DNA from: Rhynchopus sp. YZ270_cl-10
Taxonomy: Eukaryota
NCBI GenBank assembly: GCA_964035575.1
Contig: OZ037841.1
Location: forward strand, 434,001-498,000
Direction of reading: 5' to 3'
DNA: 64,000 bases
Numbering within the stretch: position 1 is the stretch's first letter; each line of letters opens with the position of its first letter. Below, one piece after another: positions 22,680 to 33,700 of the stretch. The translations under genes were made by a program, and so were the position numbers. The notes under the pieces are model-generated. The model was given only the letters and a program-made list of their open reading frames with translations, was not told where the DNA came from and made no database searches.

Positions 22680-25313
22680 TTAATCACAATTCATACTGTA
22701 GTCCTTTTCTGAGGGTTCGTTCGCCCAGTCTTCGTTGCGTTCTATTGCACTGTTAGGAGGGACTTCGCAGGCCTGTTTGGGTGATTGATGCGCACAGATC
22801 GTGTTGTAGATGTCCTCCGCTGTGGGTCGGTTGTGTCGGTCCTTTTCGAGAAGCGACACTACAAGGTTCGAAAAGAACTTTGAATAGCCTGCAAACTCCA
22901 TTTCATTTTGAAGCTCTAACTGCAACCCTGCGGCATCGCGCAGTGTATCACTGAACATTACTCTTGTATCATGCGCCTGAGCCCTTCTCGCTGCAGCGGC
23001 ATATGCGATGCAACCTACCGACCAAATGTCCACCTCAGTCCCATAGTGTCTTTCCCAACACTCCGGCGCAACGTACGGCAGAGAGCCAACCTGGGTGTTG
23101 CAATAGGTGTTGGCAATGCTTTTGGCAAGACCAAAATCGGTGACAACCACTCCTTGGCAATCGTCTTGGAGCAGAACGTTTTCTGGTTTGAGATCTCGGT
23201 GGACAACTGGAGGGGTTGAGGCGTGCATCACCTTGAGAAGCGAGCAGATCTGCTTGACATATTCCAGGATGGTGGACTCCGGGATCGTCCGCTTCGCGTC
23301 GAGGAAGGAGCAGATGTACTTCTTCATATCGCCCTCCTTATAGAACTGCATCACAATGCACACATAGCGTGGTGAGCCCCTCTGCATGATCTCTGCCTGC
23401 AGAGGTCGTGAACTCAGATCGCTTCCTTCCCTTGGCCAGGAGCCGCCGACGTCTCCGCTGGATTTATTGCCAGAATCGTGCTCGGGGAGGCCACTCATTT
23501 CAGTCCAATTCATGAAAGTTTCAACGACGCGTACCATGTTGGGGTGTCCTTGGAAGCCTCGGAGAACGGCGAATTCTTGCATGGCTTCGTCTCGTGCGTC
23601 GTCTGAAGCGCAAGAAATGTATTTCATTGCAAACAACCCACCATCATCCCTCCGTTTCATCAGATAAACCACCCCATAGGATCCGGAGCCAAGCTTTTCG
23701 ATTGGGATGTATGCGTCGTTGCTGCAGGTGATTTGGATGTGGTTTTTGCGGGGTTGGAGCTTCAGGTAAAGGAAGTAACCGACACAGACCATCACCGCGC
23801 AAACCCCTAGAAGCAAACCGACAATCCATAAAGCAGTTTTGTCGATCGAAACTGTATGGCTTTTTGGGGCTTCTGTATCAGGCGCTGGGGATTCAAGAGG
23901 AGAGATGTACGGCAGGATTTGAAATGGCGTCAACGACAGTGGATAATACACTGCAGACCGAGAATCGCGCTCCGGAGCCAAACACAACTCCGTTGGGACC
24001 ACTACCCTGCAACACCCTAGGGTGCACAGCCCTTCACTTATGGTCGGCGGGCTGCATAGTGTTTCACCAGTATCAGGACAGCCTCCTTGCGAATAGCATG
24101 CGTATGCGAGCCCTACTGCAGATGGACCCAATGAAAAATTGATGGATTTGACAAAATGTTGATCTTCCGTCCCTTCCAATGGTGCAAAGCAATCTGCGGT
24201 CCGCGAAATGCGGAATGAATATGAAGGCATGCCTACAGCGGTACCTACGGTGCTTACGAGAAGCTCTGTCTCTTCGCTTGTTGTTCTCCCTGCAGCGGGT
24301 GAGGCAGGCGACAGAGTATACGTCGGATACGTGATCCCCGTAGAAATATGACACATTTTCAGAGACTCTTGGTTGTCGTTCCCTTCCTCCCCTCCTATAA
24401 TGTAGACGATCGGGCCGTTTTCGGTGACACGTTGTGCGGTTGAAAAAAGACTGCGGTTGGGGAACAGCGTTTCGTCGGCAGGGATTGGGAAACTAGTAAT
24501 ACTCTTTGAGAAGTTTGACCAAACCAGAACTTCCAATGGAAGCGCACCCCAATCGAGGATGAACAGATAGGGGCCGATCATTTCTCCCATAACGCCTTCG
24601 ATGGGTTTGGGAAGTTGTAGGTCAACGGATACATCTTGTTCTAATCTTTCCAAAGAAAAGACATAAAATCCGGTTGTCCAATCGTACGGAGCTTCCTTCG
24701 ATTTCCCTCCTACTGCAAATAGATTGACCGTATCAGATGCAAAGTAGTAATCCGTTGTAGGAGGATCAAACCGTATTAACACCTCATAATTCAAAGAAAT
24801 CGGATCCACCACGATTGCCTGCAAATCTCCATTTCCTGTAACATAAAAGGACCCTCCCACAACGATGACCCGACTGTTGGTTCTTTTCGGAATATTCGTG
24901 GTAAGGGTTGTGTATTGACTGCCGACAGGGAGGGAAGGGTTGAAACGGTAGATTTCGTTTGAATAGTTGTAGGCTAACGGGTCGCTTGAGGCGCAGGCGA
25001 ATACGTAAACGTATGGATATATTACGACAGCCATTTGCGATCCATCCAAATAATTTTTTGGAAGCGGATCAAATTGAAGTCTCTGTTGCCCACCTAAAGT
25101 TGCCAGACCGTATGTAGGTGTCGCACTATCTCTTCTTTGGAAGGTAAAAACCGTGTCGTTCACCGAAACGGAGGATGCTCCAACCTCCGGTGCTAGCAAA
25201 TCTAAATCAGGGGTAAGTGCGCACTCCACTCCAGACCCTTGCCCGCACTGCGCATTGACCTCTGTCAAAAGCAACAAAACAAATACCACAACTCCTCTCA
25301 GCGCAAAATTCAT
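22680..25313 (-). CDS. Receptor-type Ser/Thr protein kinase: signal peptide, Kelch-like ectodomain, TM, NEK-like kinase domain
   Basis: Signal MNFALRGVVVFVLLLL; TM ALWIVGLLLGVCAVMVCVGYFLYL; kinase motifs GSGSYG, AMK, HRDLKPEN, DFG, APE, DIWSVG all intact. Confidence 0.9.
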   Translation of the reverse strand: MNFALRGVVVFVLLLLTEVNAQCGQGSGVECALTPDLDLLAPEVGASSVSVNDTVFTFQRRDSATPTYGLATLGGQQRLQFDPLPKNYLDGSQMAVVIYPYVYVFACASSDPLAYNYSNEIYRFNPSLPVGSQYTTLTTNIPKRTNSRVIVVGGSFYVTGNGDLQAIVVDPISLNYEVLIRFDPPTTDYYFASDTVNLFAVGGKSKEAPYDWTTGFYVFSLERLEQDVSVDLQLPKPIEGVMGEMIGPYLFILDWGALPLEVLVWSNFSKSITSFPIPADETLFPNRSLFSTAQRVTENGPIVYIIGGEEGNDNQESLKMCHISTGITYPTYTLSPASPAAGRTTSEETELLVSTVGTAVGMPSYSFRISRTADCFAPLEGTEDQHFVKSINFSLGPSAVGLAYACYSQGGCPDTGETLCSPPTISEGLCTLGCCRVVVPTELCLAPERDSRSAVYYPLSLTPFQILPYISPLESPAPDTEAPKSHTVSIDKTALWIVGLLLGVCAVMVCVGYFLYLKLQPRKNHIQITCSNDAYIPIEKLGSGSYGVVYLMKRRDDGGLFAMKYISCASDDARDEAMQEFAVLRGFQGHPNMVRVVETFMNWTEMSGLPEHDSGNKSSGDVGGSWPREGSDLSSRPLQAEIMQRGSPRYVCIVMQFYKEGDMKKYICSFLDAKRTIPESTILEYVKQICSLLKVMHASTPPVVHRDLKPENVLLQDDCQGVVVTDFGLAKSIANTYCNTQVGSLPYVAPECWERHYGTEVDIWSVGCIAYAAAARRAQAHDTRVMFSDTLRDAAGLQLELQNEMEFAGYSKFFSNLVVSLLEKDRHNRPTAEDIYNTICAHQSPKQACEVPPNSAIERNEDWANEPSEKDYSMNCD

Positions 25314-27418
25314 TTTAATTTTTTTTTTTCCGAGAAAAAGAAAGAAATAGTCCCTCTTTTGCTCTGTACACCCCCCTCTTCTCCTGGATGGCGTTTTTTC
25401 TGGAAGGGTGATTTGGGGAGGGAGGAGGAAGAGGAGGGGTCTTGGGAATTGAAAAAATAATTGGAGTGCTTTTTTTTTTGTTCCAAAGAGCATCGTATAA
25501 AGAGAAGGAGAGGGAGAGAGAGGAGTTTTTTTTATAAAAATTGGCGACTGTAATGGCCATGCAAGGTCCGTTGCGTCGTCATTTATTTCTTTTTGGTTTT
25601 TTTTTTGTGAAATTTTAGATGTTTTAGTGTCACCCGAGGATGAGTTCCACTCTTTTTTTTTTTGCCTTTTTTTTTTGAAGAAGTAGAACGGGGTAGGGAA
25701 AATGGGAACAACCGCAACATTCGTTCCCGCTGGAAAGCGGTTCGAAAAAGAGGCGAAAATAAAAGAAGAAAATTTTATTTTGTGGACAAACAGAGCTGAC
25801 ACAGCATAAGCAAACTACTCTCGCCAACCAAATATTTTTTCAGAATAAAAAGAACAAAACGCTATTAATTACAACATAGTCTGCTTTTTTATTTGAAAAA
25901 AAAAATAGTGAACGTGTAGCTACCGCTCTGTGTGCTCTTTTGCCTTTTGGAGGGGGAAAAAAAACAAGGAAATGGTTTGATTTGTGTTTTTGCGTGAAAT
26001 GAGCTACCGACCACTTATTACGGTGCACACTAGTAGACCTGCTCCTCCAAATGCAGGTTTAGTTGGTGTGCGATAGGATTATAACGGGTGTACTACGTGT
26101 GCCTCGTGATGCGTAGTTGGTACGTGGTTTGACAAAAAAAGCAAAAAAAAAAAGAAGAAGAAGATGGTGCTCCGGGAGGGGTCGATATTGACAGGTCGCT
26201 GACAGGTCGTTGACCGATTTCCGAAAGTACCAGAAGAAGAAAAAAAAAAAAAAAAAAAGTTGTGGAAGAAAATGAATGATGACATTTCAAGCAATGATTG
26301 TACTCGAACAAACCACTCAAACAGATGCAAGCACAAAATAAAACGAGAAAAAAAAAAAAAATGTCACCACACCTCCTCTGCTAACGCAGGCGCCAGGAAA
26401 TCCCTGGTACAGATCTCAAAGTTTAAAAAAAAAAGAGAAAGAGTTCGAAAGTGCAAACGCCTCACTGTTGATTGGTGGACGCAGGCACTGAAGAAAAAGA
26501 AATAAACATCCGGTGGGTAAACACAACACATCCCGAAGAAAAAATGCTGCTGTTAAAAACCAGACAAAAAGAAACAAAAAAAAAAAGAAAAGAAAATTTT
26601 ATAAGATGAACCTAAACCTCTCGTGCTTAGTCATAAAAAAAAAAAATCATTTTCCCAACAAAACCTCGCATCGGTCACTACTCAGGAAAATATGAGCGTG
26701 GCTTCAGTTTCTTTTACAATTATTTGGCTTTTTTTAAAAAGCCGTTTGGGAAGTCGTACCAACCAGAGCTACATGACTACATCTTTTTTCTCCCCCAACA
26801 CGAAGTGCGATTTAGAAAACCAAAAGAAAGACACCTAACGAGATCTCCTTACAACAGCAGTATTTTCCCTCTATGCCTCTCAACCTTGCGCCAAACAGAT
26901 CTGACACCTATTTGGCTGCGTTCAACGAAAAATATGTAGTTTAGAGATCAAGTGGCGGATTGTCTGGTTTTTGTGGGGATACCAAAAGGTGCATTATGTA
27001 CTAGCCACAGAGGATACTCTGACATTGTCGCCGTTCAACGAAATGTGCAGCACGGAAAAGAAAAGTTGAAAATGCAAAACGCCTCACCGTTCATCGGCGG
27101 ACGCAGGCACTGTGAATCCTGGTTCTCCGTGGTAAAATATTAGTGGATGGAGAGAGGGCGTAACCACATGTATTTGTGAATTCCGATGATTTTTTACAAT
27201 CGCCCATGAGAATTGGTTCTGATGTCTCTCCTAACCCACCTGATATTGCCTGAAATTTTTGGTGGAGTTTAGTGGAGTTTTGGGGGGTTGAAATACCACC
27301 AACCTCCAAACTCTGCCAGCATTAGGTATTAATGATAGTTGAACATTAGTTGTTTTTTTTCATTGTGCTCTTTTTCATTATATTTCGTGTGTTTGCATTC
27401 AAAACAAGCGAGGAGGAG

Positions 27419-27449
<31 letters not shown>

Positions 27450-27958
27450 GGAGAGAGAGTGTGGGGAGTGGGGAGAAAGTAAAGTTTTTTTTTTGTTGAA
27501 AATATGGACAAAAATCTCAATTCAGGGGAACAGAAAAAAAATATTGTGTCTTTTATCACACTTGGAACGCCCCCAAAAAATTTTCCGGGGTGTTCCAAGT
27601 AAGTTTGATGAGGCTAAAGAAAAAAATGGTAAGTCTCTCTCACACTTTCTCGTTTCAATTAAGAAAATATTGTGAGACCAACCTAATCCTCACAGTGCTT
27701 AGTCACTTTGAAAATATGGGAGGGTCTGGGTGGGGTAAATGGAGAAAAACAAAAGGGGGCGAAAATCTGGGGGAAAGTCCTCAGTACTGTCACTTCCCTA
27801 AGGGAAACCCGCACATTACCCACAACAGGTTTCTTCTTTTAAAACCAACTGCCAAAAAATAAAGTACAAAAATTTGGCAAGACACACCACCCTCCCACCC
27901 CCTTGAGACCAAATATGACATATTGTCTCACCCCTTTCCTGAATTTATCGGTAGTATT

Positions 27959-28979
27959 TTATGTGAAGTGACAAGACGCGACCACGCAGGGAAGGCAGGC
28001 GATGCTATTGCGGACGTATCCACGTCCACCACGCCAGCCACAGGAGTCGCAGCAGGCACGTGTGCAGCTGACGCAGTGGCGTGTGCACGTGGGGCACGTC
28101 ATCGACTGCTTCATACGCTCTCCACACAAATGCACCGACCACGACTTACGCACTGAGACAGCTGTCGAGCCAACATGCTCCTCTGTTGGGGGTTGATGTG
28201 GAAAAAAGGGGATATCTTGAAATACAAATCCAAAACATAGGGCTGATTCGCACTGCGTACTGCGCACCCTCCAGCCACACCATAAAAAAAACCCCCCACC
28301 AAAAAAAAAAAAAAAAAAAAAAACACATACTCGGCTCTGCACAACGTTTACATTGTACCTGCTGACATCCCCTGCAGACTGCGACGGATGTCCACGGATA
28401 GCTCCTCCTGCACCCCGCACAACGGTATGTGATTAGGTGCGTCATCTCGACGAGCAGCTTTACTGCCAGGCGCGGGCAGTATAGATCTAAGGGGTTGAGG
28501 TGCTCTCCGATGTTCTGCCACACTTCGCGTGGAAGCACCTTGACGTATGATGGGCGCTTACCCCAGTTGGTCCAGTACGATGCGGGGTGGTGTACTTCTT
28601 GCTTAACCGGGTTGAGGACCGGTGTCCACCCGCAGGCTGAAATGCAAGACTGCATCTGTGTGGAGGTGAGGTCCCAATCGTATTGATTGCTGAGGGAAAG
28701 ACTTGAGCGGTCCATTTCACTGCAGGTTTCACCTTTGTGGCTTGCGGACAGGCGCTTCCCCCATTCCTGCCAACGCACCGCTTTGTCGCTCAATGAAAGC
28801 AACATCTGCGAGTCTGCAGCCAACCCACCCCACTTCCCCGCCCCCCTCTTCGTCCACGGACCCCACTGCTCCCAGTCCACTGTGTGCACCGAGCGGATTT
28901 CCTCCTTATCTACACCCTCCTCCTGGTTTCCATCCCACTCACGCCAGTTTTTTTTATTCGAGTTGTCAGCTCGGTTCAT
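27959..28979 (-). CDS. F-box-like protein with Cys-rich (CxxC) C-terminus; 2 exons, intron 28183-28330
   Basis: LPREVWQNIGEHL F-box-like motif. A 148-nt GTATGT...CAACAG intron joins ...KRCAEP in frame to KEHVGS...CPTC...CVSC...CDSC...CLPC. Confidence 0.7.
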
Positions 28980-30778
28980 TTTGCGGGGGTAGAAAATGAA
29001 TTGTAAAAGAGGGCTTTCGAAGAAGGAGAAAGAAAAGAGAAAAAAAGGGAAGAAAGGCTGTGAAGCCGGTCCCAACAGAAGGGGGTTTGAAGGGTTTTTA
29101 TAGAAGTGGGTGGTGGAGGAAAGAGAAAATAGGGTTTGTGTAACTGCGGGCTGGAAGAGGGGGGTATAAAAGATAGCACTCCTGACAACCCCATTTGCAG
29201 GGGTTTTGCGAACCTCGTGTATACAATATAACGTGAGATTTTGCTTTTTTGGTGCAGTTATTTAATGACGGGCGGTGCTGTGAACCTGCTGCATTGTACA
29301 CAGTATGCTTATGACGACAACAACAGCCTAGAGCACAGATGATGTGCGGTGTAGAACCCCATCAGTACTTCTAAACCCATTCTCTCGAAGCGACAGTTAG
29401 GTAGCAGCACTGAAGGCAGAGAAGGAAAAGGCGCACCTGCAAGCACCACAGGCAACGCAGATGCTTCGGTGTGCAGGTCGTGGTGCAGTGTTGTCGTACG
29501 CCGGGAATTTGAGCAGAGTGCCCATTAAGGTGATCTCAAAACAGTGGGGGAGGGGGGGACCGTATATATTATTCTTACTTTCGTGAGCAAAACCAGGCCG
29601 CGGACTAGGTGGGGAAGGGACCGAAGTCTCTTCCCTACTTAGTGGGCCATTCTGACAGGGGAAATATGGGTGGAAAAGAGAGAGGGCAAAACGCCTCTGA
29701 TGTGCAGCCAGTGAGGATCCGTGGGGTTATCGAACACCCGGACTGTGCTGTTTTGCAGGGGGAAAACATCTTTTATGATGGATATGATAGACAAGAAGTA
29801 GTTGGTAGTACAACTTCGAGACAAGTTTTTTGGAACAGGTTTTCTTTGAAAAATTTGCAGGGAAAAACAAAAAGACAAGAAAAATAGTTTGTAAGATGTG
29901 CCAAGACTGTCATGAAATGTTTTGAGACATGAATGTATCTACACACATCTTGCTGAAAGAAACAAAAACAGAAAAGACGGTCTGTGGCGACTGACACGTC
30001 TTTCAAGACAACCGAACCATGTTCGGAGGAATGGGATGTGGTGTCGTGGATGGGAAACAAATTCCACTGGAAACAAATTATGAAACGATAAAAAGAAATA
30101 TGGCGGCCAAAGGCACACAAAGTGCTGGGTCCAGTTTGCCACTGTCGTTGAGCTCGCTCGATCCCAAGGAGACTCAACTGTGTGGGTAGGACACGTGTGA
30201 CTCTGTAGTCCCAAAGAAAAGGGGATTGTAGGAGATCACAAGGCATACCGATGAGAACATATGTGACATCGAAAGGCTTGTGTGCCTCACTGGTCACGTG
30301 GAACAGGAAAAAGAAACAAAAGAGGAAGTTGTAAAAAGTTAATAAATGTATCATTTGCCATATCAACACGGCGACAGTACAGGTATTTAGCTACTCGACA
30401 AAAAGGTATTCGCTTGACAAACTCACGTCATTGTGGAAATTTAGCATTCCCTGATCGGACGTACGTTCCTCAGGAATACAACATAAAAATAGTTCAAGGA
30501 TATCTACTGCTACCACTGTTTTTTGTGATAAAAAATAAGGGATAAAAAAACAAAAGAACAAATTCATCAGAAAGAAATAAGGTTGAAACACGCTGCTATG
30601 TCTCGTGTACTTAGCAGTTTCCACGAACATAACCTTAACGCAGACGACAAACCCTCATTGGGAGGGTCAGAATACTACACACAGACACGGGTCAAAACAA
30701 TCTGTACGTTGTACAGATGAAAGGATGAAAGACAAGGCACACCAAAGCACGTCCAGTAGGTGCTCCACCTCTACCTCT

Positions 30779-33700
30779 CTACACAGAGACGTTGCTGTGC
30801 TCGTTGGGTGCATTCTGAGTAGGAGATTCAGGCTCTTTGGTCGTTTGCTTCCTTGACACACAGCACACCACGAGCACCACAGCCGCAATCGCAACAAGAC
30901 CCACACCGACACTGATACCGACAATGGCACCCACAGCAAGTTCGTCGTCTGAATCAGTAGGTGCAAGATCCTCTTCCAACGGTGCTGCTGTGGAGGAAAT
31001 ACACGCATACACAGTCCCCGTGCGGACCCTCGTGTACCCACCTAAGCAGGACAGCGGCACACACTCACCCGCGTCCGTGCGGTACACCTGGCTCACACCA
31101 GGCACAGTCGGACACTGCACCGCATCCACAGAGGCAAGCCCTGCAGACAGCACATCCCCAAGGCCCAGGTCAGACCCCTGCACCTTCTCCGAGAGGCGTG
31201 CTGCCACGTCCATTGCAGCCACGTCAAGCAGCGGCATGTCCGACACAGACACAAACACGTTCAGCGACCCGCACTCCTCACGCACGTCCGTCACAGTCCC
31301 ACCCACAAGGTCCACCACAAACTCACCGACACGTGCACCCTTCCCAGAGCTGCCGTCGCAAGCAACGTCGAACGTTGCGTGCACCACATCCGACACCCTC
31401 GTCTCGCTCGTCACACAGATGTGTGCACGGCGTCCGCTGGCAGTGTCAAAGGGCTTCACGAAGCCGTCCCCACACGTGCAGTGTCCGTTATCCTTGCATG
31501 TTGCCGCAGTGTCGCCGTGCTGCTTGCACTGTGCATCAGTGGTGCACCACGTCATAGCTGCGCTGCTTGGCGCTTCTGTGGTTGGCACTGGGGTGGGTGC
31601 TGCTGTTGGTGCTGCTGTTGGTGACACAGTCGGTACTGCAGTTGGTACTGCTGTCGTTCCTGCAGGCACTGCTGTTGGCACTGCTGTTGGTGAAACTGTC
31701 GGTGATGCAGTTGGTACTGCTGTCGTTCCTGCAGGCACTGCTGTTGGTGCTGCAGTTGGTGAAACTGTCGGTGACACAGTCGGTACTGCAGTTGGTACTG
31801 CTGTTGGTGAAACAGTCGGTGATGCAGTTGGTGCTGCTGTCGTTCCTGCAGGCACTGCTGTTGGTACTGCTGTCGTTCCTGCAGGCACTGCTGTTGGTAC
31901 TGCAGTTGGCACTGCTGTTGGTGAAACTGTCGGTGATGCAGTTGGTACTGCTGTTGGTGACACAGTCGGTACTGCAGTTGGTACTGCAGTTGGTACTGCT
32001 GTCGTTCCTGCAGGCACTGCTGTTGGTACTGCTGTTGGTGAAACTGTCGGTGATGCAGTTGGTACTGCAGTTGGTGAAACAGTCGGTGATGCAGTTGGTA
32101 CTGCTGTTGGTGACACAGTCGGTACTGCAGTCGGTACTGCAGTTGGTACTGCAGTTGGTACTGCTGTCGTTCCTGCAGGCACTGCTGTTGGTACTGCTGT
32201 TGGTGAAACAGTCGGTGATGCAGTTGGTACTGCTGTTGGTGACACAGTCGGTACTGCAGTTGGTACTGCAGTTGGTACTGCTGTCGTTCCTGCAGGCACT
32301 GCTGTTGGCACTGCTGTTGGTGAAACTGTCGGTGATGCAGTTGGTACTGCTGTCGTTCCTGCAGGCACTGCTGTTGGTACTGCTGTTGGTGAAACAGTCG
32401 GTGATGCAGTTGGTACTGCTGTTGGTGACACAGTCGGTACTGCAGTTGGTACTGCAGTTGGTACTGCTGTCGTTCCTGCAGGCACTGCTGTTGGCACTGC
32501 TGTTGGTGAAACTGTCGGTGATGCAGTTGGTACTGCTGTCGTTCCTGCAGGCACTGCTGTTGGTGCTGCAGTTGGTGAAACAGTCGGTGACACAGTCGGT
32601 ACTGCAGTTGGTACTGCTGTTGGTGAAACAGTCGGTGATGCAGTTGGTGCTGCTGTCGTTCCTGCAGGCACTGCTGTTGGTACTGCAGTTGGCACTGCTG
32701 TTGGTGAAACTGTCGGTGATGCAGTTGGTACTGCTGTTGGTGACACAGTCGGTACTGCAGTTGGTACTGCAGTTGGTACTGCTGTCGTTCCTGCAGGCAC
32801 TGCTGTTGGTGCTGCAGTTGGTGAAACAGTCGGTGACACAGTCGGTACTGCAGTTGGTACTGCAGTTGGTACTGCTGTCGTTCCTGCAGGCACTGCTGTT
32901 GGTACTGCAGTTGGCACTGCTGTTGGTGAAACAGTCGGTGATGCAGTTGGTACTGCTGTTGGTGACACAGTCGGTACTGCAGTTGGTACTGCTGTCGTTC
33001 CTGCAGGCACTGCTGTTGGTACTGCTGTTGGTGATGCAGTTGGCACTGCTGTTGGTGAAACTGTCGGTGATGCAGTTGGAACTGCTGTCGTTCCTGCAGG
33101 CACTGCTGTTGGTACTGCTGTTGGTACTGCTGTTGGTGATGCAGTTGGTACTGCTGTCGTTCCTGCAGGCACTGGAGTTGGTACTGCAGTTGGTACTGCA
33201 GTTGGTGCTGCTGTCGTTCCTGCAGGCACTGCTGTTGGTGCTGCAGTTGGCGTAGTTGTCGGCACTGCTGTCGGTTCTGCTGTGGGAAGTACTGGGGCAG
33301 CTGTCGACAGACACTCGTAACGGAAGGCAAAGTCACCACCATCAGTGTCAACCTCACTCGTGAACACCACGTATGTCGATCCTGTCGAAGTGAAGGTGAA
33401 GTCCTCAGCAGTGTCCACACCAGACGCGTTGAAGAAGGTGGACCAGACGCCGTTATCTATCTCAACTATACACAGAGAGTCGCTGCCAATGTTGAAAGAC
33501 GTCCACGTGATGTGCACAGCAACTTCGCACTGGAACTCCCAATACTCCTGCTCATTTGGTCCGTACTTCATGTGGCTCACGTCCCCAGCAGTGTTCAGTG
33601 TTGATGGAAGAGCAGCAGGCAGAGCGCCACAGGCCCACGAGAACAGAACCTTCTTGTTCCCAGTCTTCATACTCGCAGTCATCGTCACAGTTGCGTATAC

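Noticed and set aside
25314..25802. N-terminal extensions of the kinase, BOP1 and other ORFs in the ORF track
   Set aside because: They translate homopolymer and polypyrimidine tracts; downstream ATGs give a signal peptide or a sensible start.
29773..30369. Duplicated 198/174-aa ORFs downstream of the surface proteins
   Set aside because: Starts and ends differ between the copies through indels; most likely duplicated UTR or spacer.
31560..33300. CRISPR-like or antifreeze-like repeat array
   Set aside because: No unique spacers or cas genes; it is an in-frame Pro/Thr/Ala stalk.
30837..33420. Long ORFs in four additional frames (827, 622, 592 and 562 aa)
   Set aside because: By-product of the stop-poor 12-nt-based stalk repeat of the real minus-strand gene.
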